This document shows, in pieces, positions 1-7,564 of a DNA stretch of 64,000 nucleotides. The DNA comes from a virus, in IMG/VR virus record IMGVR_UViG_3300047281_000098, positions 1 to 64,000 of that record; one strand, 5' to 3'. The notes beneath the pieces are model-generated. The model ran no database searches and was not told the origin of the DNA. It saw only the letters and a list, made by a program, of their open reading frames with translations. The translations under genes and the position numbers were made by a program. The first letter of the stretch is position 1, and each line of letters opens with the position of its first letter.

Positions 1-1
1 C

Positions 2-30
2 TTGATATGTTCAGTGTAACGTAGTATACT
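2..30 (+). promoter_or_regulatory. sigma70-type early promoter for cspA-smpB
   Basis: TTGATA-17 nt-TATACT. Confidence 0.6.
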
Positions 31-59
31 AAGTTCTTTAACATGAAAGCGGTAATTAT

Positions 60-275
60 ATGTCAGCAGGAAAAAGTACAGGTCGGGTAAAATGGTTCAA
101 CGAAACTAAGGGTTTTGGATTTATTACTCCGGATAGCGGTGGAGTTGATTTGTTTGCCCATTACAGCGCAATTCAGACAAATGGTTTCAAAGTTTTGAAA
201 GAAAACCAAAGCGTTAGTTTTGATGTAGTCATGGGTGACAAAGGCGCACAAGCTGCGAATATCGCCCCTCTGTGA
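60..275 (+). CDS. cspA: cold shock protein
   Basis: [17 protein letters not shown] (RNP1), DLFAHYSAI (RNP2), 71 aa. Confidence 0.97.
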   Translation: MSAGKSTGRVKWFNETKGFGFITPDSGGVDLFAHYSAIQTNGFKVLKENQSVSFDVVMGDKGAQAANIAPL

Positions 276-289
276 TATAACGACTACCC

Positions 290-715
290 ATGTTCGAAAA
301 TAGAAAAGCCTTTTACGATTACGAAATACTCGAAGAGTACGAGTGTGGTATCATGCTCGAATCGTGGGAAGTAAAAGCCATTGCCAATAAAGTGTGCGCC
401 ATAGTAGGATCACACTGTAAGGTCCTGGACAGCGATGTATTTTTAATTGGAGCAAGTATGGGCTCATCCGAAAATGAGCAACAGCGTACTCGCAAGCTAT
501 TGCTACACCGTAAAGAAATCAATCGGCTCATTGGCAAAACAAGAGAAAAGGGCTTGACGCTGGTGCCTTTAAAGTTGTACAATAAGAATGGGAAGTTTAA
601 GTTATCAATTGGTGTTGCTCGTGGTAAGAAAGAATACGACAAGCGGGAAACTGATAAGAAGCGTGATATCGAATTAGAAACACGCAAGATTGTCAAAAGC
701 CAAAAGTTAGCATAA
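290..715 (+). CDS. smpB: SsrA-binding protein SmpB
   Basis: NRKAFYDY, RTRKLLLHRKEI, GLTLVPLKLY, ARGKKEYDKRE. Confidence 0.97.
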   Translation: MFENRKAFYDYEILEEYECGIMLESWEVKAIANKVCAIVGSHCKVLDSDVFLIGASMGSSENEQQRTRKLLLHRKEINRLIGKTREKGLTLVPLKLYNKNGKFKLSIGVARGKKEYDKRETDKKRDIELETRKIVKSQKLA

Positions 716-726
716 CGGAGAATATT

Positions 727-912
727 ATGGGAACTTGGGAATATAAAACTACGAGTGTACCAATTAGTACACAAATCATCGCCGGGCGTGAAGTCACGAT
801 TTTTTCGCTGCGCCAGGAAAAAGCCCGATATATACCAGATTGGAGACCAAATCCAATAACTAAGGTGTGGGAACAGGATCCGGACGATATTATGCCAGAA
901 AGTTTCGAATGA
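727..912 (+). CDS. hypothetical protein
   Basis: GGAG RBS; stop overlaps next start (ATGA). Confidence 0.65.
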   Translation: MGTWEYKTTSVPISTQIIAGREVTIFSLRQEKARYIPDWRPNPITKVWEQDPDDIMPESFE

Positions 913-1109
913 ACGAACGAATTAAAGAACTTGCTGAACAGTGTCATTGGGAAACTTACGGAGTCAATGGTGAGTTGTTAGCGTCTGGATTCGATGAAGA
1001 AAAGTTCGCCATGCTGGTGATTCAAGACTACGAAAACGATAAACGAGAAAGTCGCCGTGAAATTAAATCAGAGTTAGGTTACAGTCGCATCGGAAGGAAC
1101 AATGTATGA
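909..1109 (+). CDS. MNERI-family small protein (lacks GVEE end)
   Basis: MNERIKELAEQ...EKFAMLVIQ; start corrected to the ATGA overlap at 909. Confidence 0.8.
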   Translation: MNERIKELAEQCHWETYGVNGELLASGFDEEKFAMLVIQDYENDKRESRREIKSELGYSRIGRNNV

Positions 1110-1369
1110 ACGAACGAATCCAAGAACTTGCCGAGACAGCTTACCGAGATGTAGTCTGTAATCATACAATAGGTGATACTGTATCCAGAGAAGTAGTAGA
1201 TCAAAAGTTTGCCGAGTTGATTGTTCGGGAATGCGTAGGCATTGTAAACAAGATCGTTCCTCCTGGATATGAAGATTATCCTGACTACAGAGACCAGATT
1301 GAACAGTCTTTTCGTAGTGAGTGTGTGGCAGAGATTAAACAACATTTTGGGTTAAATGATGTGGAATGA
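1106..1369 (+). CDS. MNERI-family small protein
   Basis: MNERIQELAE...QKFAELIVREC...IKQHFG. Confidence 0.85.
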   Translation: MNERIQELAETAYRDVVCNHTIGDTVSREVVDQKFAELIVRECVGIVNKIVPPGYEDYPDYRDQIEQSFRSECVAEIKQHFGLNDVE

Positions 1370-1586
1370 AGACATAACACAACAAGAACAGAATGATCAG
1401 TATCTACAACAAAACCCACATATTGCAGCTGGGCTATGGGCAGAGTGGGTACGTGTAGTGTGTGGGTGGGACAAGATTGCCCACCCTACTACTAAAGAGT
1501 GGACCAAGTTAAAGGCAAAGTACTATCACGGCAAAGCGCCAATACACTCTGTTGGCGAATTAAAAAACCTGAGGATAAAAGAATGA
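1356..1586 (+). CDS. hypothetical protein
   Basis: ORF tiled between coupled neighbours. Confidence 0.65.
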   Translation: MMWNEDITQQEQNDQYLQQNPHIAAGLWAEWVRVVCGWDKIAHPTTKEWTKLKAKYYHGKAPIHSVGELKNLRIKE

Positions 1587-1864
1587 ACGAACGAATTAAA
1601 CAACTTGCCGCACAGGCCGGTGTGCTGGCGGATTTCGGCGAGGATATAAAAGTGGGTAGATGGGGTATTGGCGGGAGTTATCAGTCAATGGAAAAGTTCG
1701 CAGAGTTGATTGTGCAGGAATGTATGCGGCAGGTTGAAGAACAATACAAGCCTGTGCTGGAAGATACCGAAATGATGAAGGACACGCATTGGGATGGTTA
1801 TGTTCAGTGTGGTGTTGATAGCTATGTGGCCATTAGGGAACACTTTTTCGGAGAAGAAGAATGA
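1583..1864 (+). CDS. MNERI-family small protein
   Basis: MNERIKQLAAQAG...EKFAELIVQEC...EHFFGEEE; start corrected to 1583. Confidence 0.85.
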   Translation: MNERIKQLAAQAGVLADFGEDIKVGRWGIGGSYQSMEKFAELIVQECMRQVEEQYKPVLEDTEMMKDTHWDGYVQCGVDSYVAIREHFFGEEE

Positions 1865-2055
1865 CCGAAGAACATCCAACAGATGCTGCTGCTGAAACTA
1901 TATTTGAACTACAGCAAGAAAACATTCGCTTGCGTGGTCAAATAACATACCTGCAAGAAGAACTCTCTAGTGTAGAGGACGATTACGATAAAGCAGCAGA
2001 CATATACGAGAAGCGATTTGAAGAGCTTGAGCAATTAATCAGTAAAATTACATAA
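1861..2055 (+). CDS. hypothetical coiled-coil protein
   Basis: ATGA overlap, heptad-like acidic sequence. Confidence 0.7.
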   Translation: MTEEHPTDAAAETIFELQQENIRLRGQITYLQEELSSVEDDYDKAADIYEKRFEELEQLISKIT

Positions 2056-2061
2056 GGATTA

Positions 2062-2184
2062 ATGATGAAATTAGCCTGGCTTGTTTGGCGTGATGAAGAA
2101 ACAGAAACACCAGAGATTCACTTCTCTGAACCATACTATCACTTTAAGATAGTTGCTATTGTGTATGCGGAGATTGTACAATGA
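2062..2184 (+). CDS. 40-aa hypothetical protein (not in ORF track)
   Basis: AAGGA RBS, MMKLAWLVWRDEE...AEIVQ, stop overlaps next ATG. Confidence 0.6.
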   Translation: MMKLAWLVWRDEETETPEIHFSEPYYHFKIVAIVYAEIVQ

Positions 2185-2447
2185 ACGAACGAATTAAAGA
2201 ACTTGCGATAGAGGCTGAACTCTATGCTTGGGCAGAATATGAAAAATGGACTCCTACTGATGATTTTTCTGGAATTCCACATATCAGACACATCTGTAAC
2301 GAAAAGTTTGCCGAGTTGATTATTGCAGAATGTGCCAGTCTTTGCGAGGCACGAGCATGGGGGATGATTGAAAAAGGTTTCCCCGGGCACGAAGCTGTCG
2401 AAGAGTGTAGTGACATTATTAAACAGCATTTCGGAGTTGAAGAATGA
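2181..2447 (+). CDS. MNERI-family small protein
   Basis: MNERIKELA...EKFAELIIAEC...IKQHFGVEE. Confidence 0.85.
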   Translation: MNERIKELAIEAELYAWAEYEKWTPTDDFSGIPHIRHICNEKFAELIIAECASLCEARAWGMIEKGFPGHEAVEECSDIIKQHFGVEE

Positions 2448-2677
2448 TATTAGAAGATGTAGGCCAGAACTTAAGGGAGTTGAAGATGAGCGTATTTAAG
2501 AATGAAACATTGGCAAAAATTGATGCCATGGTGCCAGCGCAAATGGGCAAGGTCAAGCAGGTCTTGTTGTTTACGCTGATTGATGAATTTATCAACGGTG
2601 GCTGCCAACACGAGGACGAGTTTATCAATAACCTGAAAGCATTTCTCGGAGTTGAAGAATGATATTAGAAGATGTAG
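2431..2677 (+). repeat. 32-bp exact direct repeat pair (2431-2462, 2646-2677)
   Basis: TCGGAGTTGAAGAATGATATTAGAAGATGTAG occurs twice, bracketing one gene. Confidence 0.95.
2444..2662 (+). CDS. hypothetical protein ending in GVEE
   Basis: MILEDV...FLGVEE, coupled on both sides. Confidence 0.75.
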   Translation: MILEDVGQNLRELKMSVFKNETLAKIDAMVPAQMGKVKQVLLFTLIDEFINGGCQHEDEFINNLKAFLGVEE

Positions 2678-2856
2678 AGCATATTTTTAAACCGCAGATT
2701 GATGAAGGTACAGACAAATTATACTTTATGTTAATTGATGGTGAACACAAGATGATTGAACGCCACGACGCAAATGATCTGGCAACGCTGCTACCTATGT
2801 TAGATGCGTTTCAATATATTGACACAGTAGAACGTATACCAAGATTTAGTAAATAA
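2659..2856 (+). CDS. hypothetical protein
   Basis: MILEDV start shared with previous gene. Confidence 0.75.
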   Translation: MILEDVEHIFKPQIDEGTDKLYFMLIDGEHKMIERHDANDLATLLPMLDAFQYIDTVERIPRFSK

Positions 2857-2860
2857 ACGC

Positions 2861-2894
2861 TTGACAAGCAAGAAGAATAAGTATATAATAAATA
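2861..2894 (+). promoter_or_regulatory. consensus sigma70 promoter with overlapping late-type TAAATA box, driving tmRNA
   Basis: TTGACA(2861)-17 nt-TATAAT(2884), TAAATA at 2889-2894. Confidence 0.85.
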
Positions 2895-2900
2895 CTTAAA

Positions 2901-3200
2901 CAGCGTAAAGTAGGGACTGAAAAATATTCAAGAACCCGGTTCGAATCCGGGCAGGTCCACCAGAAAGTATATCATTACATACGGTCTATATAATGACAGG
3001 TATACTTCCTAATGGGCCTGAACTGGTTCTCGATTGGGTATCAAGTATGTGTTCTATCGCTCGGCAATGTAGAAGCCGTTAGGATTGGGGTAACCCGGTC
3101 AAAGAAGCAAAACAAAAATAAATGCAAATGACGAAAGTTACGCATTAGCAGCCTAAAAACTGCTTAGGGTAGTTATACCTCGTAACAGAAAATAACATAA
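2901..3200 (+). ncRNA. ssrA: circularly permuted (two-piece) tmRNA; tag ANDESYALAA at 3124-3156
   Basis: T-arm CCCGG-TTCGAAT-CCGGG (2935-2951) and CAGGTCC-A-CCA (2952-2962) lie upstream of the acceptor 5' strand GGGCCTG (3014-3020) with the G3:U70 Ala determinant; tag ORF GCA AAT GAC GAA AGT TAC GCA TTA GCA GCC TAA; outer ends approximate. Confidence 0.95.
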
Positions 3201-3224
3201 AAAGGGTAATTAATTACCCTTTTT
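3199..3224. terminator. bidirectional intrinsic terminator after tmRNA
   Basis: perfect palindrome AAAAAGGGTAATTAATTACCCTTTTT. Confidence 0.85.
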
Positions 3225-3226
3225 AT

Positions 3227-3255
3227 TTGACTATCATCAGACGATGATATATAAT
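3227..3255 (+). promoter_or_regulatory. sigma70-type promoter
   Basis: TTGACT-17 nt-TATAAT. Confidence 0.75.
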
Positions 3256-3299
3256 AACTGAATGCTTGAGAAAGCATTTTTAACTAAAAGGAAAATAAT

Positions 3300-3743
3300 A
3301 TGAAAACTATCGTAATCGCATCGTTGATCGCATTGTCAGCAGTTACTGCCAGCGCAACTGAAATTGGTCTTACTACTACTCGTGACGGCGGGACATCCCG
3401 TGACGCATTTGGAGTTACAGTTGGACAAACATTCGGTAAGGTTGGCGTAACAGCTGGATTCGAACGCAATACCACTGGTGATGCTCAAGATCGCTACAGC
3501 GTAGTTGCCAGTACTGATCTTACTAAGTTTGGCCCAGTTACTGTGTCTGCTAAGACAGGCGCAGCATACTTGAACAACACCACTGGTGAAGATGGATATG
3601 CTCTTACTGTTGCTGTTGGAGCAAGTGTTCCAGTAACCAAGCAAGTTAGCTTTGTCGCCGAGTTGGGTCGTCAATACGGCCAAGCTCGTGTATCATCATT
3701 TGATGGTTCACGCATCACTGCTGGACTCAAGTACGCATTCTAA
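3300..3743 (+). CDS. small outer-membrane beta-barrel protein
   Basis: signal peptide (..AVTASA), amphipathic beta strands, C-terminal AGLKYAF Bam signal. Confidence 0.85.
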   Translation: MKTIVIASLIALSAVTASATEIGLTTTRDGGTSRDAFGVTVGQTFGKVGVTAGFERNTTGDAQDRYSVVASTDLTKFGPVTVSAKTGAAYLNNTTGEDGYALTVAVGASVPVTKQVSFVAELGRQYGQARVSSFDGSRITAGLKYAF

Positions 3744-3756
3744 ATTAATTTAGAGT

Positions 3757-3781
3757 AAAAAGGCTCTTCGGAGCCTTTTTT
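3757..3781 (+). terminator. intrinsic terminator
   Basis: AAAAAGGCTC-TTCG-GAGCCTTTTTT. Confidence 0.9.
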
Positions 3782-3789
3782 GCCGGCGA

Positions 3790-3818
3790 TTGACAATAAA
3801 TCCATTCTATGTTACAAT
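3790..3818 (+). promoter_or_regulatory. sigma70-type promoter, leaderless configuration
   Basis: TTGACA-17 nt-TACAAT, ATG 6 nt downstream. Confidence 0.8.
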
Positions 3819-3824
3819 ACAGAC

Positions 3825-4079
3825 ATGGAACTAAAAACTGCGACAGATTGGCAAAGCTTACATTCAGTATTGCGCAGCAAAATGAATGATGTAGGTTATA
3901 ACAGTGATTTACAGCGACTATTAAACAATATTACTGATATGGTGTCAGAGTTCAGTAAACTTGAAGTTGATGCCCGCAGAATACACAAAGATACTTCCCT
4001 AGTTGGCCCAAGAGAACAAATCAATCAAGCTATAAAACGCTTAGATCAGCTTTTGCTCATGGCCCTGTTGATGAAATGA
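3825..4079 (+). CDS. hypothetical protein
   Basis: start corrected to MELKTA at 3825, downstream of the promoter. Confidence 0.75.
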   Translation: MELKTATDWQSLHSVLRSKMNDVGYNSDLQRLLNNITDMVSEFSKLEVDARRIHKDTSLVGPREQINQAIKRLDQLLLMALLMK

Positions 4080-4084
4080 TTTTC

Positions 4085-4113
4085 TTGACATTAAACCCAG
4101 AATCTGCTATAAT
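4085..4113 (+). promoter_or_regulatory. sigma70-type promoter, leaderless configuration
   Basis: TTGACA-17 nt-TATAAT, ATG 6 nt downstream. Confidence 0.85.
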
Positions 4114-4119
4114 ACATAC

Positions 4120-4551
4120 ATGGAACTAGAAATACACATCAAATCTAAAGCGCGTCATGCGTTTATTAATGTAGCTGCTGAAGTGTATATACGCAAACTT
4201 AAACTTACGTCAAGTAAACATAAAGTGATCATCTACTCAGTACCTAATCTTTTAAAAGAAGAGGGCATCAATGGATTTGTATATCCACACAGTGACAAAG
4301 AGATATTTTTGGGTCTTGAAAGCAGATTAAGCGTTCCGGACATTTGTCTTACGCTTGCTCACGAAATGGTCCATGTTAAGCAATACGCAAAGGGACAGTT
4401 AAAACAGCGACCAAAGCGTTCTGGTAAAGTAGAACACATATGGATGGGAAAAGTCAACAAAGAATCGTACTACGACTGTCCTTGGGAGCTTGAAGCATTC
4501 AGTCGTGAACGTGTGTTGGCCAATGAGATTGTAAAGATTTTAACAGCTTGA
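4120..4551 (+). CDS. HEXXH zinc metallopeptidase-like protein
   Basis: TLAHEMVHVKQY and YYDCPWELEA. Confidence 0.8.
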   Translation: MELEIHIKSKARHAFINVAAEVYIRKLKLTSSKHKVIIYSVPNLLKEEGINGFVYPHSDKEIFLGLESRLSVPDICLTLAHEMVHVKQYAKGQLKQRPKRSGKVEHIWMGKVNKESYYDCPWELEAFSRERVLANEIVKILTA

Positions 4552-4570
4552 TATCTAAATATATAATATA

Positions 4571-5113
4571 ATGAGAAAATTTATCACTAGTGACTTACAT
4601 TTTGGTCACGCAAACATTATGAAGTTCTGTCCAGTGACCCGAGCAGGATTCACTGACATATCTGATATGGATGAAAAGATGATCCTTGAATGGAACAAAG
4701 AAGTGTCTGTTGAAGATGAAGTATTCATCCTAGGGGACGTGGCATTCTGTAACGCACAAAAAGCAACTGTAATCATGCGCCGCCTGAATGGCACTAAGAT
4801 TCTGATTGAGGGCAATCACGATGTGAAGAATTTGAACGACCCTGAATTTCGTGCTTGCTTCAAAGAGATTCACAAGTACCTGCGTTACAATCATAACGGT
4901 ACCATTGTATGTATGTTTCACTTTCCCATATGCGAGTGGGATCAAATGCACCGTGGCGCCGTTCATTTCTATGGTCACGTCCACGGAAACACGACCGGGC
5001 TAGAAAAGTATCGCGCCCGTGACGTGGCGTTTGATGCGACTGGGCGCGTAGTGTCTGATTTTGATGAAATGGTCAAAGACGCATTAACGGGCGAAATTAA
5101 AAGTCACCACTAA
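4571..5113 (+). CDS. calcineurin-like metallophosphoesterase
   Basis: SDLHFGH, LGD, GNHD, GHVH motifs. Confidence 0.93.
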   Translation: MRKFITSDLHFGHANIMKFCPVTRAGFTDISDMDEKMILEWNKEVSVEDEVFILGDVAFCNAQKATVIMRRLNGTKILIEGNHDVKNLNDPEFRACFKEIHKYLRYNHNGTIVCMFHFPICEWDQMHRGAVHFYGHVHGNTTGLEKYRARDVAFDATGRVVSDFDEMVKDALTGEIKSHH

Positions 5114-5120
5114 GGAAAAT

Positions 5121-5270
5121 ATGAAATTACTTGAAGATGAATACAACGGCGTTTATGTATGGGTTGAGGAGCTGAATGAGAATATCGAACTCAGTCCTCA
5201 TTTTGATTATGAAGAAGATGCCATTCAATGGCGCGATACAATGAAAGCTAAACTGGCAAATTTCAGTTGA
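5121..5270 (+). CDS. 49-aa hypothetical protein (not in ORF track)
   Basis: AAGGA RBS; MKLLEDEY...; TGA stop lies inside the next -35 box. Confidence 0.6.
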   Translation: MKLLEDEYNGVYVWVEELNENIELSPHFDYEEDAIQWRDTMKAKLANFS

Positions 5271-5295
5271 CATTTAATCCGAATTCTGCTATAAT
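5267..5295 (+). promoter_or_regulatory. repeated early promoter element
   Basis: TTGACA-17 nt-TATAAT; near copy of the element at 37864. Confidence 0.88.
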
Positions 5296-5325
5296 ATACA
5301 CATACAACAATAAATAGGACTTAGT

Positions 5326-5475
5326 ATGGTAACAGTAGAATATGACGATGAATCAAGAATGTGGCATGTGATTCAGTGGAATGATCGCCGTGGGCAGGTC
5401 CTTGCTAAATGTCATACTGAATCTATTGCCGAGCAGTTTGCTCAATCCTATCGCCTCAACGAAAGCCGCAAATGA
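5326..5475 (+). CDS. 49-aa hypothetical protein (not in ORF track)
   Basis: AGGA RBS; MVTVEYDD...; ATGA overlap with next gene. Confidence 0.6.
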   Translation: MVTVEYDDESRMWHVIQWNDRRGQVLAKCHTESIAEQFAQSYRLNESRK

Positions 5476-5675
5476 CAGAAATTGAAAAACTGGAGGCACG
5501 CATCGAGGCAGTAGATACAGCGATTGCCAATGTTAAAATGGCAATGGGTGTAGATCGTAAACTAAGTCACGACAAACATACTAATGGTCACTTTACAAAA
5601 GCACTAGACGAGCTAACAAGCATTCGTTTACAATTAAGCAGTCTCAAACTCAGAGTAGAAACAGTAGGTCGATAA
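5472..5675 (+). CDS. hypothetical protein
   Basis: tiled ORF. Confidence 0.7.
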   Translation: MTEIEKLEARIEAVDTAIANVKMAMGVDRKLSHDKHTNGHFTKALDELTSIRLQLSSLKLRVETVGR

Positions 5676-5676
5676 T

Positions 5677-5841
5677 ATGGACGAACGAATGAAAGAGCAA
5701 CTGTTAGCCCTTGCCTATGAACAGCAAGATGAGGTGTTTGGCTCCAGTGAGCGTGACGAGTTCGATTGTCTCATTGCCCTGATTGAAGACGGCACTATCA
5801 ACACCTTTGAAGAACTTGCTAAGTACGGAGTAGAAAAATGA
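5677..5841 (+). CDS. 54-aa protein with MNERI-like ends (not in ORF track)
   Basis: MDERMKEQ...YGVEK, ATGA overlap. Confidence 0.65.
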   Translation: MDERMKEQLLALAYEQQDEVFGSSERDEFDCLIALIEDGTINTFEELAKYGVEK

Positions 5842-6020
5842 ACGAACGAATTTGGGAAATTTACGGAGCATCCCTAGTGGGCACAGCCGATAATGGTGGT
5901 GATGTACTAGATCCTATAAAGTTCGCCGAGTTGATTGTGCGGGAATGTGCTGAGATAGCCGATCATGATCACGGTATGTCTGGTCAAGAACTATTGGAAC
6001 ATTTCGGAGTTGAAGAATGA
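5838..6020 (+). CDS. MNERI-family small protein
   Basis: MNERIW...KFAELIVREC...EHFGVEE. Confidence 0.85.
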   Translation: MNERIWEIYGASLVGTADNGGDVLDPIKFAELIVRECAEIADHDHGMSGQELLEHFGVEE

Positions 6021-6217
6021 ACGATGTAACTGGTAAATTGTTAGTAGTAGGTGACCAAATCGTCTTGATACCGCAGAACGGATACACGATGTCACTGTCA
6101 ATGGGTGTCATCATTGGGTTCACCCCAAAGAAAGTAAAGATCCAATTGACCGATAAGTGTTGGTCATATTCGGCAGATGAATGTTTGAAATTTCCAGAAC
6201 AGGTAGCAAAAGTATGA
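6017..6217 (+). CDS. small SH3/KOW-like hypothetical protein
   Basis: DVTGKLLVVGDQIV...GFTPKKVKI pattern. Confidence 0.7.
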   Translation: MNDVTGKLLVVGDQIVLIPQNGYTMSLSMGVIIGFTPKKVKIQLTDKCWSYSADECLKFPEQVAKV

Positions 6218-6402
6218 TCGAACGAATTAAACTCATGCCTAAAGCCATGCCGTGGGGCGTGAAACTAGCTGTAATATTTTTGCTGATATGCTATATTGCA
6301 TTGTTATTTTTGTGGCCAGAGGCATGGCTGATCCTTACTTTCATTATTGGTCTCGGCGCTGCCATTGATAGAATCATAGAATACAATGAGAGTGGACGTT
6401 AA
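6214..6402 (+). CDS. small membrane protein
   Basis: start corrected to MIERIK at 6214; two hydrophobic segments. Confidence 0.7.
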   Translation: MIERIKLMPKAMPWGVKLAVIFLLICYIALLFLWPEAWLILTFIIGLGAAIDRIIEYNESGR

Positions 6403-6403
6403 T

Positions 6404-6598
6404 ATGAACGAACGAATTAAAAAACTTGCTGACCAGGCTGGATACACAAAGGATATGTTTGGCATTGGGCATTGGGATATGCCAGAATGTCAAAAGTTCG
6501 CCGAGTTGATTGTAAGAGAATGTTTAGATATAGGTTACAAGCATAAGGCCTACGCATTGATGGGTGAGATTATGGAACATTTCGGAGTTGAAGAATGA
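6404..6598 (+). CDS. MNERI-family small protein
   Basis: MNERIKKLADQAG...QKFAELIVREC...EHFGVEE. Confidence 0.85.
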   Translation: MNERIKKLADQAGYTKDMFGIGHWDMPECQKFAELIVRECLDIGYKHKAYALMGEIMEHFGVEE

Positions 6599-7503
6599 AC
6601 AAAGATGAATTGAAAGAGTTTGTATTAGCTAACCCAAAGTTGGTGAACATGCGGTCGGCTGGCGAAGGCATCTATGTGCTAAAGTATTCCAAGCGTGTGT
6701 TCTACGATAACTTGTGGAATGACTACTTGGAAGAATGCCGCGGTACTATCGTGGACGCCGACTTCAATGTAGTGTCCCGTCCTTTCACTAAAATCTATAA
6801 CTACGGTGTGGAAGACAAGGCTCCTGTATTGTCTGACGACACTCCTGTAACTGCTTATCGTAAGGTAAACGGTTTCATGGTGGCAATGACATGGTACAAG
6901 GACGACATCCTGATCTCCACAACTGGCTCCACTGCTAACGACTATGTGGAGTATGCAAAAGAACTGATGGTAAAGCACCAGCCTTACGCTGATTGGCAAA
7001 TGGAACTGATTGCTACAAAAGGCATGACTCTGATGTTTGAATGCTGCCACCCAAGTGATCCACATATTGTACCAGAAGATGCAGGTATGTACTTCTTGGG
7101 TTACCGTGAAAACACTTGGGACTCCAAGGTAAAGATGTACGGTGTAAGTAAGTCCAAATGGGCACGTGACTATGCCATGAGCCACCTAAAGTGCGGATAT
7201 GGAGAATCTATCCAAACTACTGTTGGTGAGTTAGTAGCCGAGTCTAAGAAGGTTAAGCATGAAGGTTTTGTCTTCTACACAGAAGATGGCGTGTCTGCTA
7301 AGATCAAGAGCCCTTACTATCTCACTGCAAAGTGGGTGGCACGTAACCCACGTACCGACAAGCTGTTGACTAAAGAGTTCAAGGAACAAATTGACGAAGA
7401 GTACTACCCATTGCTGGAGCATATCCGTGCTAACATTGTCGAGTACACTGCAATGGATGAACAAGCTCGCCTTGCTTGGTGCAGAGAATTCTTCGCCAAA
7501 TAA
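6595..7503 (+). CDS. RNA ligase (T4 Rnl1-like)
   Basis: ECRG, RPFTKIYN, motif I KVNG, motif IV EGFV, motif V KIKS. Confidence 0.88.
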   Translation: MNKDELKEFVLANPKLVNMRSAGEGIYVLKYSKRVFYDNLWNDYLEECRGTIVDADFNVVSRPFTKIYNYGVEDKAPVLSDDTPVTAYRKVNGFMVAMTWYKDDILISTTGSTANDYVEYAKELMVKHQPYADWQMELIATKGMTLMFECCHPSDPHIVPEDAGMYFLGYRENTWDSKVKMYGVSKSKWARDYAMSHLKCGYGESIQTTVGELVAESKKVKHEGFVFYTEDGVSAKIKSPYYLTAKWVARNPRTDKLLTKEFKEQIDEEYYPLLEHIRANIVEYTAMDEQARLAWCREFFAK

Positions 7504-7504
7504 A

Positions 7505-7533
7505 TTGACAACAATACAATTTAATTGTATAAT
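7505..7533 (+). promoter_or_regulatory. sigma70-type promoter
   Basis: TTGACA-17 nt-TATAAT. Confidence 0.85.
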
Positions 7534-7564
7534 TAACGCATCAAAAACTTAACTAGGAGTTAAA

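Noticed and set aside
2931-2962. stand-alone tRNA gene
   Set aside because: Only the T-arm and 3' acceptor strand are present; the pairing strand lies downstream with a tag ORF, so it is a permuted tmRNA.
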